A DNA stretch of 64,000 bases from an uncultured Porphyromonadaceae bacterium (GTDB taxonomy: Bacteria; Bacteroidota; Bacteroidia; Bacteroidales; UBA12481). Positions within the stretch are counted from its first letter, which is position 1. Each line of letters begins with the position of its first letter. This document shows, one piece after another, positions 28,300 to 37,960 of this stretch. A program made the position numbers and the translations under genes. Under the pieces are notes generated by a model. That model ran no database searches. It saw nothing but the letters and a program-made list of their open reading frames with translations, and was not told the origin of the DNA. The DNA lies in the NCBI GenBank assembly GCA_964355105.1, contig CAYHCO010000006.1:34420-98419 (forward strand), in the 5' to 3' direction.

Positions 28300-29302
28300 G
28301 GTCGGATTGAGGGCAGAGCCGGAATTTGCCCTGGGCCTCAAGGTGTTTGGCCACATATTCCTGCTCGGTCTGACCCGGGGTGGGTACGAGAAGTGCCGGT
28401 TTTCCAAAATAATTCAGGTCGCAGAGTGTTGAATTGCCTGGCCGGCAAATGATTTCCCGCGCCTCGACGATATACCAGGCGAGATGTTCATCGCGGGCAT
28501 GATCGACCAGCATCACGGTTCCCTCCTCAGCAACGGCAGGGATTTCTTCAGGCGAAGCGGGCGGAAGGCCCCGGAAAATTACCGCTGAAGTGCCGTCCTT
28601 TTTGAATCGTTCCCTGAGCAGGTTCTCGAAAAGCGTGCGCTGTGGCTCGGGTCCGGATACCAGGGCAAGTACATCAAATGACCGTGCAAATGCCGGCCGT
28701 TCGGGTGTTACATTTTCAAACCGCGATACCGGGCCAATGTACCGGGCATTGGCAGGCAACCGCCTGGGATGAGTCAGCAGACCGGAGATATTGGGAGTTC
28801 CCGGATAATCGGCAATCCATACTTCTGAAAACTTCTCCAAAACCCGCTTGTGAAACCAGTATACCAGGCCCTCGCCAAAGCTCCAGCCTTTAGGCGCCTT
28901 TAACCACAATTGATTGGTGATGAAAATACTGTGTACCTGTTTATGATATAAGCCGTATCGGTGGTCACACAGGATGCGGGTGATGCCGTAAGTTGAAATG
29001 AGCTTGTCAACCTGACGACGGTTATTCCTGATGGCCTTGAGTATTCCCGGAGCCTGCGCGATCAGTTTCCTGAAAAACCGGCCATCACTGGCATACCTGA
29101 CAGGATAAAAAGGCAAGCGAACCCATCGGAGATCAGGAAACCGGAACCGTAAAAAATCGAGTGACGCACCATCAGAGGCAAGGATAACCTGATGACCATC
29201 CTCAACTGCCCTGGCGATAAAAGGAACCAGCCTCACCGTGTGACCAAGGCCCCACTGCATCGGGCTCACCAGAATCGTTTCAGGTTGGCCGTTCATTTTC
29301 AT
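28271..29302 (-). CDS. GT-B glycosyltransferase (GT28/MurG-like G-loop)
   Basis: N-terminal WGLGHTVR, SGPEPQR, C-terminal LVPTPGQTEQEY. Confidence 0.82.
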   Translation of the reverse strand: MKMNGQPETILVSPMQWGLGHTVRLVPFIARAVEDGHQVILASDGASLDFLRFRFPDLRWVRLPFYPVRYASDGRFFRKLIAQAPGILKAIRNNRRQVDKLISTYGITRILCDHRYGLYHKQVHSIFITNQLWLKAPKGWSFGEGLVYWFHKRVLEKFSEVWIADYPGTPNISGLLTHPRRLPANARYIGPVSRFENVTPERPAFARSFDVLALVSGPEPQRTLFENLLRERFKKDGTSAVIFRGLPPASPEEIPAVAEEGTVMLVDHARDEHLAWYIVEAREIICRPGNSTLCDLNYFGKPALLVPTPGQTEQEYVAKHLEAQGKFRLCPQSDLIPVETGAY

Positions 29303-29304
29303 GG

Positions 29305-30081
29305 TTAATATGAAACCTGAACAGGAATACCCAGGCCGGTGACCTGTGCAGCTATCCGGTCGAGGATCTCAGGTTTGATCTTCTGAAGCGTATCAATAGG
29401 CGTATCCCGCGCAATCGTATAAATCATCACCATTTCAGGATTCACTTTTTTCACGATCTCCAGCCAGGCAGCCACTTCGTGATCTGAAGAATTGTCGACG
29501 GAGGTTCCCTCAAATTCACCTTTAACGAAAAGAGTCTGGAGGATAAACTGCCCCTTATACCGAATCATGCCTTCAATTACCCGGTCGATCGAATAACCTG
29601 GCGGCGGCTGGTTGATCAATCCAGCGGTATGTGCAAAAGCGGAATCGAGCTTGAGAATATTCATGTCGGCCTTACCGAGGGCCTCAAAGATTTCGGGCCG
29701 GTCGAGGCGCGAAGCGTTGGACAGAACGGCAATCTTCACGTCAGGGAATATCCGGTCGCGGATTTCAACGGTATCCGCAATGATTCCCGGAAACTCCGGA
29801 TGAATGGTTGGCTCGCCGTTACCGGCAAAAGTTATCCGGTCGATCGGAGATCCCTCACTGCGTATCTCCACCAGCCTGGCTTCAAGCATTTCGGATATAT
29901 CCTTACGTGAAGGAAGACGGCTCTCCTGGCCTTGTTCTCCGCTCCAGCCGCACTCGCAATAAATGCAATTGAAATTGCAGAATTTGCCGCTCACGGGAAG
30001 GAGATTGATCCCGAGCGACGCACCCAGGCGCCTGCTCTTTACCGGTCCGAAAATGATTTCATCAAACAAAAAAGTAGACAT
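29305..30081 (-). CDS. Radical SAM protein (FGPV.SRRLG.SLG family, TYW1/COG0731-like)
   Basis: CNFNCIYC (CxxxCxxC), GNGEPTIHP. Start at ATG 30081 is supported by TATCTTTG at 30106-30113 on the minus strand. Confidence 0.9.
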   Translation of the reverse strand: MSTFLFDEIIFGPVKSRRLGASLGINLLPVSGKFCNFNCIYCECGWSGEQGQESRLPSRKDISEMLEARLVEIRSEGSPIDRITFAGNGEPTIHPEFPGIIADTVEIRDRIFPDVKIAVLSNASRLDRPEIFEALGKADMNILKLDSAFAHTAGLINQPPPGYSIDRVIEGMIRYKGQFILQTLFVKGEFEGTSVDNSSDHEVAAWLEIVKKVNPEMVMIYTIARDTPIDTLQKIKPEILDRIAAQVTGLGIPVQVSY

Positions 30082-30210
30082 ATTCAGCGATATCCGTTGG
30101 GGCAGCAAAGATAATTGATTTGCCGCGATATGGTGATTTTTGTCATTTTGAGGAAGTTAATCAGGAAGTACCTTTTCATAAGATTTGGCGATGATAAAAA
30201 CCGCAACAAA

Positions 30211-30618
30211 ATGGAAAAGATCAGGTGGACAAAAGAATACTCTTCGGGATTAATATATCTTGATAATCATCGGAGAAATTACCTGGAGATCGTCAATGAA
30301 CTGATTGATATCTTCAACTCGAAAAACTGTGTTACCCGCTTGCCACTCGTGTTCCACCGATTGGCTTTCTATATCGAGGACTATTTCGCCAAAAAGGAAA
30401 TGGCTATCCGGGAAGCACCCGGCATTGCGCTATCGGAATACAAAAAGGAACACCAGCGTTTCACGACGGAAATATCAAAATTCCAGGAGCGGTACAGCCA
30501 GGGCGAGACAGACATCTGCGGCGAGATCATTGACTTCATGATCAGCTGGTTACAAAATTATATCAAAAGATTTGGTACCGAGGCGCCGGATTATATGCGC
30601 ACGAAAGGGTACGAATAG
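30211..30618 (+). CDS. Hemerythrin-fold protein with degenerate metal ligands
   Basis: W..EYS.G...LD.., EH..F and WL..YI spacing matches single-domain bacteriohemerythrin, but most His ligands are replaced. Likely start is ATG 30211. Confidence 0.75.
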   Translation: MEKIRWTKEYSSGLIYLDNHRRNYLEIVNELIDIFNSKNCVTRLPLVFHRLAFYIEDYFAKKEMAIREAPGIALSEYKKEHQRFTTEISKFQERYSQGETDICGEIIDFMISWLQNYIKRFGTEAPDYMRTKGYE

Positions 30619-30619
30619 G

Positions 30620-31792
30620 TCAGATCAGTCTGACAGGCTGACTAGTTTTTCCCAGGCGGTTGAGGGTCCAGTCGAAAACCGGGATGTTCACCAATCCGGG
30701 CTTTTTCCCTTTCGCAATCGTTCCGAGTTCATTATCCAAGCCCAGTGCGCGTGCCCCGTTGATTGTGGCCCAGCCCAGAACTGTATCGAAGGCTAACCCG
30801 GGTGCCGCCTCGAAAATAGTTTTCATTTCCTCGATGACCGACAGGCTGTGGTTCGATGCCAGGCTGTCCGTACCCAGGCAAACCGTGAGGCCGCTATCTG
30901 CAAAGGCCTTAATATCAGGCAACAGATTTTCAATATACCGGTTTGATCTTGGACAGAGCACCCAGTAAACACCGGGTTTGATATGATAGGAAGAAGGAAT
31001 TTTCTTCATCACGGTATTATGAACCAGTATCCACTCCGATTCGGGCAAATATTTCCCCAACAAGCGGAAAACATCCGAGGCTTCAGCAGGCAGGCTGCTG
31101 ATATCAAAGCCCGAACGATTGAAACTCTCGGCCAGACGACCGGTGCCCTGATCAAGAAGCTCCCGTTCTTCGTGGCTCTCATCGTGATGCATGCTGATGC
31201 GGCCGGTCAGCGAGGTTTCCCTGGCAAGCAAATCCCAAATCACTTCTCCCACGGAGTATGGGGCATGGGGGGACAGCGAGTATGCCAGTCCTGCCTCCTC
31301 AAAAGCTGTAGCCACCTGCAATCCGTGTTTAAACCGGGTTGCGCACATGGCTGCGTCAAATCCGAAAATCTCAATAAAGGTGTGGTACTTCAGTTTACTG
31401 TTCCTTTTAACATCAAGAGTCAGGCCTACATTGCTGATATCCCCGACCGCTGCTATCCCCTGATCATACATCGCCCGGTCGGCATCAGCGGCTGCGTGGA
31501 GAATCTCATCCTCGGAGGAATGACGTATAGCATTGAGTTTTGATACGAATCCCGAAATCCCCGTTCCTTCGGGAATCAATCCCCGGAGGTGCGATACTTC
31601 CAGATGGCAATGGGCATTCACCATTCCCGGAATGATGATTCCGGGATAAAATTCGAGCCCCGCCTCCTCAATGGGTTTGCCACCCGTATCGCGAACGGCA
31701 AGTATGGTCCCGTCGTCGGCAGCCTCAACAATGCCGTAGCTGATAGCCGGACCGTTGACCGGGTAGATCCTGTGGGCGGAAAATTTCCTCAT
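30620..31792 (-). CDS. Metal-dependent amidohydrolase (SsnA/MtaD deaminase-like)
   Basis: PGMVNAHCHLE, SPHAPYS, MHHDES, CPRSN, LGTDSLAS, ATINGARALG. Confidence 0.88.
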   Translation of the reverse strand: MRKFSAHRIYPVNGPAISYGIVEAADDGTILAVRDTGGKPIEEAGLEFYPGIIIPGMVNAHCHLEVSHLRGLIPEGTGISGFVSKLNAIRHSSEDEILHAAADADRAMYDQGIAAVGDISNVGLTLDVKRNSKLKYHTFIEIFGFDAAMCATRFKHGLQVATAFEEAGLAYSLSPHAPYSVGEVIWDLLARETSLTGRISMHHDESHEERELLDQGTGRLAESFNRSGFDISSLPAEASDVFRLLGKYLPESEWILVHNTVMKKIPSSYHIKPGVYWVLCPRSNRYIENLLPDIKAFADSGLTVCLGTDSLASNHSLSVIEEMKTIFEAAPGLAFDTVLGWATINGARALGLDNELGTIAKGKKPGLVNIPVFDWTLNRLGKTSQPVRLI

Positions 31793-31798
31793 CCTTCA

Positions 31799-32167
31799 CT
31801 ATTCTTCTGGAGGCAAATCCTTTTGAGTAGCCATTTTTCTGGCTTCCAGATCTTTCAGGACTGCCTCATAAACACGCGCATAAGCTGCCGGATTACGCAT
31901 GTACCAGGCAACCGATGAATCCATCTGTGCTTGGGATATACCGTACTTTTCAAGTACCGATGGGTAATAGGAAAGTCCTTTGTCACGTTTCATCTGGGCT
32001 GCGGAACTGTCGGCCGAGATCAGCGCATCCACCAGATGGGTGTCGACAAGCAATTCAACCATTTTTCCCTCTGACAGAATGCCTGCCTTTGCTTTAGACT
32101 TGCTTTCGGCACACGAAAAGAATACGAGAAAAACCAGTGCCAGCGGATAAATGAGAATATTCTTCAT
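31799..32167 (-). CDS. DUF4296-like lipoprotein
   Basis: Lipobox FFSC, KMVELLVDTHL, VLEKYGIS...DSS..WY...P...Y..V pattern. Confidence 0.75.
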   Translation of the reverse strand: MKNILIYPLALVFLVFFSCAESKSKAKAGILSEGKMVELLVDTHLVDALISADSSAAQMKRDKGLSYYPSVLEKYGISQAQMDSSVAWYMRNPAAYARVYEAVLKDLEARKMATQKDLPPEE

Positions 32168-32907
32168 TTGATTTTTTTCATCAGTTCCGAGGCAAAAACG
32201 AAGTCATTCAGAATTTTGTTGTCACTTCTGAGAATCTCCTCGCGCGGCCCCTCCCAGCACTTCTGTCCCTTAAAGAGGAAAAGGATATTGTCGCCGATCT
32301 CCATCACCGAATTCATATCGTGAGTGTTGATCACCGTGGTCATGCGGAATTCGAGCGTTAATTCATGGATCAGGTTATCGATAACGATGGCTGTTTGCGG
32401 ATCCAGGCCGGAATTGGGCTCGTCGCAGAACAGGTATTTGGGATTCAGCGCAATGGCCCGTGCTATGGCGACCCTCTTTTTCATCCCTCCGCTAAGCTCA
32501 GCGGGTAATAACTTATTCGAATCCGGCAGGTGGACCCTACCCAGACAGAAATTAACCCTTTCCAGTTTCTGCTCCTTCGACCAATCGGTAAAAAAGTCCA
32601 TCGGAAGGCGGATATTCTGCTCCACGGTCATGGAATCAAAGAGCGCTCCTCCCTGAAAAACCACACCCATCTGTTGCCGGAAAGTCCGCTGCTGGTCCTG
32701 GTCGAGTGCGGTGAACCGCTCATCACCGTACCAGATATCACCGCTGTCGGGTTCCATCATGCCGATCAGGCATTTGAGCAAAACGGTTTTACCCGAACCG
32801 CTCTGGCCGATCACGAGATTGGTGCAGGCTTCCTCAAAATTAGCCGAGATGCTCTGGAGCACATCGTTATTGTCGAACGACTTTGATATGTTGTCAAGTC
32901 TGATCAT
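32164..32907 (-). CDS. mlaF: ABC transporter ATP-binding protein, MlaF/Mkl-like
   Basis: GQSGSGKT, FQGGALFDS, LSGGMKKRVAIARA, DEPNSGLDP, THD. Confidence 0.9.
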   Translation of the reverse strand: MIRLDNISKSFDNNDVLQSISANFEEACTNLVIGQSGSGKTVLLKCLIGMMEPDSGDIWYGDERFTALDQDQQRTFRQQMGVVFQGGALFDSMTVEQNIRLPMDFFTDWSKEQKLERVNFCLGRVHLPDSNKLLPAELSGGMKKRVAIARAIALNPKYLFCDEPNSGLDPQTAIVIDNLIHELTLEFRMTTVINTHDMNSVMEIGDNILFLFKGQKCWEGPREEILRSDNKILNDFVFASELMKKIK

Positions 32908-33644
32908 CCGAGCATGATTTGGGTAATCAAATAATTGGAAACCAGGATCATAATCATGCTATAGGAAACGGCCAGCGTGCTCGACCGACCCACATCGAGA
33001 GCCCCGCCCTTGGAATAATATCCGAAATAAGCTGATATCGAGGTGATGAGGAATGCAAAGACAGATGATTTGATTACCGTGTAAAAAACCAGGTAGGAAT
33101 CGAATCCGTGACGGATGCCCTGTATATAATCAGCTCCGGTCATCAGGTTGCCTGTCATCGAAACCACCCAGCCACCGATGAGGCCGATAAAAATGCTTAG
33201 CAAAACCAGTACAGGAGTGGTAATAATCATCCCCAGCATTTTGGGCAGCACCAGATAGGCAGCCGAATTGATCCCCATAGTTTCCAGTGCATCAATCTGC
33301 TCGGTAACCCTCATGGTTCCGATCTCAGAGGAAATATTCGATCCGATCTTACCGGCCAGTATCAGGCAGAGCACCGTGGAGGAAAACTCCAGCACCAGCA
33401 CGTCACGTGTGATATATGCCATGTAATAGGTTGGGATAAGCGGGTTTCCCATATTGAAAGTCATATGGATGATTACGACCATTCCGATAAAAAACGAGAT
33501 AATCGCGACGATGCCGATCGAGGAAACCCCGAGCTTATCGATCTCGCGGAATACCTGCCGGATATAGATGGAATGCTTTTCGGGTTTCGAAAAGATCTTC
33601 CGGACAAAAATCATATATTTCCCAAGAGTGACCAGGAGCCCCAT
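32904..33644 (-). CDS. mlaE: MlaE-family ABC permease
   Basis: Multiple TM segments, AGKIGS...SEIGTMRVTEQIDALE, GGALDVGRSST. Confidence 0.92.
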   Translation of the reverse strand: MGLLVTLGKYMIFVRKIFSKPEKHSIYIRQVFREIDKLGVSSIGIVAIISFFIGMVVIIHMTFNMGNPLIPTYYMAYITRDVLVLEFSSTVLCLILAGKIGSNISSEIGTMRVTEQIDALETMGINSAAYLVLPKMLGMIITTPVLVLLSIFIGLIGGWVVSMTGNLMTGADYIQGIRHGFDSYLVFYTVIKSSVFAFLITSISAYFGYYSKGGALDVGRSSTLAVSYSMIMILVSNYLITQIMLG

Positions 33645-33737
33645 ACCCGATGAAAATTTAATCCAAGATAGTAATAAATTATGTAATATTGCCGCGTCAC
33701 TCTAAACCAGAATTACCGTAACTACCAGTATATCAGA

Positions 33738-34364
33738 ATGAAAACCACTTCAATGCCTGCAGATAATTGGAAAAGCAAGCTCCCTCTCGGGTCTGAAGAA
33801 CTGGTTGACAGGTGGCTAAGCGAGTCGCCCGTACCCATTCTGCTCGCTAAAGCCCGCCGAAGCAAGCACGGCGATTTCAGGGTGCCGCGGAAAGGAAAAC
33901 CCGCTTATATAACACTCAATCACGACATGCATCCGGTGGATTTCCTGATCACACTGGCGCATGAAGTGGCCCATTACAGAAACTGGAAGAGGTACGCACG
34001 CAGAGCCAGGCCGCATGGTCCCGAATGGCGTCAGGAGTTCAGGGAAATGCTGGCCGGGGTGATCCAGGCTGAAGTTTTCGAGCGGGCAGTTGCAGCAGCG
34101 GTTGTCAGGCATTATTTCAAGCGCAAGCTGATCGGATCGGGCTCATCCGAGGAGTTGAACCGGCTTCTTGGAAAAACCACGGAAAATGACGGAATCCTCC
34201 ATGTGGCGGACCTTCCCGAAGGAACACGTTTCAAACTGAAAAGCGGAAAAACCTTTATTAAGGGACAAAAACTAAGGAAACGCTATCAATGCCGGGAAGT
34301 GGTTTCATCGAGGATATATTCCGTGCATCCGTTGGCGGAAGTAAAGGAAACATTAGTATCTTAG
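33738..34364 (+). CDS. SprT-like zinc metalloprotease-domain protein
   Basis: SKHGDFR, FLITLAHEVAH (HExxH), PHGPEW, C-terminal F.KG.KLRKRY.C. Confidence 0.85.
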   Translation: MKTTSMPADNWKSKLPLGSEELVDRWLSESPVPILLAKARRSKHGDFRVPRKGKPAYITLNHDMHPVDFLITLAHEVAHYRNWKRYARRARPHGPEWRQEFREMLAGVIQAEVFERAVAAAVVRHYFKRKLIGSGSSEELNRLLGKTTENDGILHVADLPEGTRFKLKSGKTFIKGQKLRKRYQCREVVSSRIYSVHPLAEVKETLVS

Positions 34365-34368
34365 GATC

Positions 34369-35460
34369 ATGGACAACAATATTTATTGCGTTATCATGGC
34401 AGGCGGAATCGGCAGCCGGTTCTGGCCATACAGCCGCACCGGCAAACCCAAGCAGTTCCTAGATATCCTCGGTACCGGCCAGACTCTGCTGCAACAAACG
34501 ATACGCCGATACGCCAAAATCTGCCCGATAGAAAATATTCTTATCGTCAGCAATGAGGAATACGGCCCGATCATTCTCGACCAGGTCCCTGATATCAAGC
34601 CAAATCAGGTCCTGCTTGAGCCCTTCCGGAGGAATACAGCTCCCTGCATTGCTTATGCCAACCAGAGGATCGCGCTGCTTAATCCCGACGCCACAATCAT
34701 TGTTGCTCCTTCCGACCACCTGATTGCCGATGAGGCTGAATTCAACCGGGTGATTCACGAAGGCCTTGCTTTTGCCCAGAGCCGGGATGCCCTGCTGACC
34801 CTTGGAATCATGCCCAACCGTCCGGAAACGGGATACGGGTACATCCAGGTCAACGGTCCGGGTGCCACCGACGGAAACAAGGCATTACGAAAGGTGAAAA
34901 CGTTTACTGAAAAACCCAATCTCGAACTGGCTAAGATATTCGTGGAAAGCGGTGATTTCTTCTGGAATTCGGGAATGTTTATCTGGACAGTATCGTCCAT
35001 CACCAGGGCTTTTGAGAAATATCTGCCCGAGATTCAGGGACTATTTCAGGAGGGATGCAACATCTATGGAACACCTGAAGAAACTGCTTTCATCCGAAGG
35101 GTTTATGAAACCTGCGACAAAATATCCATCGACTACGGGATCATGGAAAAGGCTGACAACGTTTATGTTTTATGCGCCGATTTCGGATGGTCGGATATCG
35201 GCACCTGGGGCAGCCTGTATGATCACCTGGTTCATGACGAATCTGATAACGGTGTCGGCAGCGGTCAAACTATCACCTTTCAGGCCAGCCGCAACGTCAT
35301 TCATGCTCCAAAAGGCAAGCTGACAGTGGTTCAGGGACTGGATGATTACATTATCGTGAATACCGATGATGTGCTGCTGATATGCCGCAAGGAAGACGAG
35401 CAGCAAATCCGGATGATGGTCGACGAAGTTAAACTCCGGGGCGGCGAGAAATTTATCTAG
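34369..35460 (+). CDS. manC: Mannose-1-phosphate guanylyltransferase
   Basis: MAGGIGSRFWP.SR..KPKQF, EP..RNTAP, PSDH, PETGYGYI, FTEKP, WNSGMF, WSDIGTW. Confidence 0.95.
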   Translation: MDNNIYCVIMAGGIGSRFWPYSRTGKPKQFLDILGTGQTLLQQTIRRYAKICPIENILIVSNEEYGPIILDQVPDIKPNQVLLEPFRRNTAPCIAYANQRIALLNPDATIIVAPSDHLIADEAEFNRVIHEGLAFAQSRDALLTLGIMPNRPETGYGYIQVNGPGATDGNKALRKVKTFTEKPNLELAKIFVESGDFFWNSGMFIWTVSSITRAFEKYLPEIQGLFQEGCNIYGTPEETAFIRRVYETCDKISIDYGIMEKADNVYVLCADFGWSDIGTWGSLYDHLVHDESDNGVGSGQTITFQASRNVIHAPKGKLTVVQGLDDYIIVNTDDVLLICRKEDEQQIRMMVDEVKLRGGEKFI

Positions 35461-36353
35461 TATTCCCAGAGATCGTGCTCGAACTGGAAGATCATGTTCT
35501 CAATCCGCTGAGCTTCCTGTAACGATTCAACTCCCAGTGCGTATTCAGAAACCGACCGGTTATTGTATACGTTGCTTTCCTGAACGATAAATCCGTGGAA
35601 GAACCGCTTGTAAAAGATCTCGTCGAAACTCCGCATCTCTGAATCGTTGAACACGTTGAACACCTCTTTCTGAGCCAGGAACGGACGAGCTTCCGGATAT
35701 TTCACCCAAAACAGTTTCTTCTTCTGGATATTCTCCTTATTGACATCTTCAGGTTCAAAATATACCCTGATCGGGCAAATTCCAATGATTCTGACGTCGA
35801 GAACCGAACGCTTGCGATCGAAGAACCACATCTCTTTCACCATATACTGCAAAACCTCGTCGGTCCTGATCTCACCGGCAATTGTAGTTGTATCGGTCAA
35901 TCCGGTAACCACGTCCAACACCCCGATCTTCCTGTCCTTGGCATCAAAATTGGCAATGATCTGATCGTAGGGTATCGGCTCTTTGAATTCATTGGGATCA
36001 TCCAGCGGGGCGGCATAAGCCTGGAGACCACCATCCTTGATCGATTGTAGCAGCAGCTCGATCAGGTTCGTCCGGTCGCCAATGGTTTTTGTCGGGAAAT
36101 AAAGCGGTTGGTTCATTTTTTCGCGCAGGTCGATCATGCGCCATACCACTTTTGACCACATGATGTCAGCTTCCCTTACATGCGGATATTCGATCGGTTT
36201 CTTGTTAAAGATATGCTCCTTTTTATATACCATGTCCAGTCCCGACCAGGTGGAGGGATCCGTAATTTTAGCGGTATCTGCAACCTGGGCTGCTACTGGC
36301 AGGGTAACTGTCAGAACCAGGAGGGCGATCGATAAAATACCTGTCTTTTTCAT
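35457..36353 (-). CDS. gldN: T9SS/gliding protein GldN (PorN)
   Basis: Signal peptide, VREADIMWSK.VWR.IDLREKMNQPLYFP, KE.WFFD, C-terminal EHDLWEY. Operon position. Confidence 0.95.
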   Translation of the reverse strand: MKKTGILSIALLVLTVTLPVAAQVADTAKITDPSTWSGLDMVYKKEHIFNKKPIEYPHVREADIMWSKVVWRMIDLREKMNQPLYFPTKTIGDRTNLIELLLQSIKDGGLQAYAAPLDDPNEFKEPIPYDQIIANFDAKDRKIGVLDVVTGLTDTTTIAGEIRTDEVLQYMVKEMWFFDRKRSVLDVRIIGICPIRVYFEPEDVNKENIQKKKLFWVKYPEARPFLAQKEVFNVFNDSEMRSFDEIFYKRFFHGFIVQESNVYNNRSVSEYALGVESLQEAQRIENMIFQFEHDLWEY

Positions 36354-36364
36354 ATTCCCGTTTT

Positions 36365-37933
36365 CTATTGTACTGTAAATGTGATGGAGTTAAGGTCACG
36401 CATTATACCGTCAGGCCCCATAGCCTTAATATCCTTAATGATAACCAGGTCGTCCTTCTTGCGGCTGCTGATAAGTTTCTTCTGTTCAGGAGTAAAAAGT
36501 GCGTTGTTCGAGGCAACATCCTGAACAAAGTTTCCGCTGGAAGAAACAAGAACTTTAAAACTTTTAACCTCAAATTTCATGTCGAAAAGGAAGTCGGCGA
36601 GCTCGGCAACAACCCCGGTTTGAGCCTGCAGAATGTTCTTCTCTATGCGGCCGCTGTTCTTGGCTCCCACTTTAGCTGTCGGGTCAGGAACCCGAAACAG
36701 GCGGTATTTCTGCGGAGGATAAGTCTGGGGTTTACCGTTAATAACTGCCGACACCGTGAGAATTGCCTCGCCTTCGGATTTCTTTGGGCGTACCATATAC
36801 TGAAAATCGCCGACCTGTGTAACCGTTGCGTTGGTAATATCCACAGTGATATCCTTGGCAGATGCACCTACAGCATTTACCATCAGGGGATTATCGACTC
36901 CCATGTAAAAAGCATTCATCTTGGTCGGAGCGGAAATCAGCACCGGGGGTATCACTTCATACTCATCCTCGAACTGATAGGTCTTGTTGCTTCCGTCAGG
37001 TGCAGTATAATTGATGACACCACCCCACTTGAAAGCTCCCGGTTTGCTGGAAGTTACCGTATAAATACCGTGACCGTCGCGGTAAGGGATAGCTGACCCT
37101 CCGACAGTGATCCGGGGATTGATGGTTGTATCGAAAGCAGCCAGAATAACATCTGCCTCGTAAGGATTACCCTGAACCACCGTTTTGGAGGTTTTGGGTA
37201 TTACCACAGCCTGCAACATGTTAAACTTAAATGATTGCGCATCGATATTTTTGTAAAGCATATTCAGCACATCGGCTTCAGCGTTCCTTACGTCCGACTG
37301 CATCTTGGTCATCAGGGTAATTACCCCGATCAATGGCAGGAGGTCGAAATTTTCCTGTTCCCAAGTGCGTCCGTTATCCCTCGAACCTGACTGCGGAGGA
37401 TCCTTAATCGTAAGGCTTTTGCGGATCGAGCCCAGAAGGACACTGTCTCTGCCAACCATTCCCTGCAGGAAAAGGCTGTATTTTTCCATCGAATTCCGGA
37501 GGTCCTTGGCCCTGCTCATACGCTCACCGCCAACATCTATTTTATCAACAAGCATAACCTGACCGGGAATATTCAGCTGATCCTGTGATTTTATGCTGTC
37601 CAGACGACCTTCAGGGCCGTCGGCCAGTCGAACGATCGCAAGTTTATAATCAACAATCTTATCGATCAGTTTCTGGGTAGCTGCTTTAACTGAATCAGCC
37701 TTTTGCTTGTAGGGACCAACCTTTACCTTATTCAATTCATATGCATTGTCAAGGGCAGCGTAGGTCATCTTGTTTTTGGCTGCAAAGCTCTCGACCGACT
37801 GGTTAAGGCTTTTGTCGACCCTTGCAATAACATCCAGGGTCTCCCTGGAGACATTCAATGCCAGCAATGCCGTCAGCACCAAATACATCATGTTGATCAT
37901 TCGTTGCCTGGGCGTCAGTCTGGTGTGTGCCAT
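36365..37933 (-). CDS. gldM: T9SS/gliding motor protein GldM (PorM)
   Basis: TPRQRMINMMYLVLTALLALNVS TM segment, KMQSDVRNAE, MN.FY.GVDNP. Confidence 0.96.
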   Translation of the reverse strand: MAHTRLTPRQRMINMMYLVLTALLALNVSRETLDVIARVDKSLNQSVESFAAKNKMTYAALDNAYELNKVKVGPYKQKADSVKAATQKLIDKIVDYKLAIVRLADGPEGRLDSIKSQDQLNIPGQVMLVDKIDVGGERMSRAKDLRNSMEKYSLFLQGMVGRDSVLLGSIRKSLTIKDPPQSGSRDNGRTWEQENFDLLPLIGVITLMTKMQSDVRNAEADVLNMLYKNIDAQSFKFNMLQAVVIPKTSKTVVQGNPYEADVILAAFDTTINPRITVGGSAIPYRDGHGIYTVTSSKPGAFKWGGVINYTAPDGSNKTYQFEDEYEVIPPVLISAPTKMNAFYMGVDNPLMVNAVGASAKDITVDITNATVTQVGDFQYMVRPKKSEGEAILTVSAVINGKPQTYPPQKYRLFRVPDPTAKVGAKNSGRIEKNILQAQTGVVAELADFLFDMKFEVKSFKVLVSSSGNFVQDVASNNALFTPEQKKLISSRKKDDLVIIKDIKAMGPDGIMRDLNSITFTVQ

Positions 37934-37960
37934 AATTTATAATATCAGCTAATCAGCAGA

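Noticed and set aside
33738..34364. T9SS component SprT (PorT)
   Set aside because: Name coincidence. This is the HExxH SprT-like metalloprotease family, not the outer-membrane barrel SprT/PorT.
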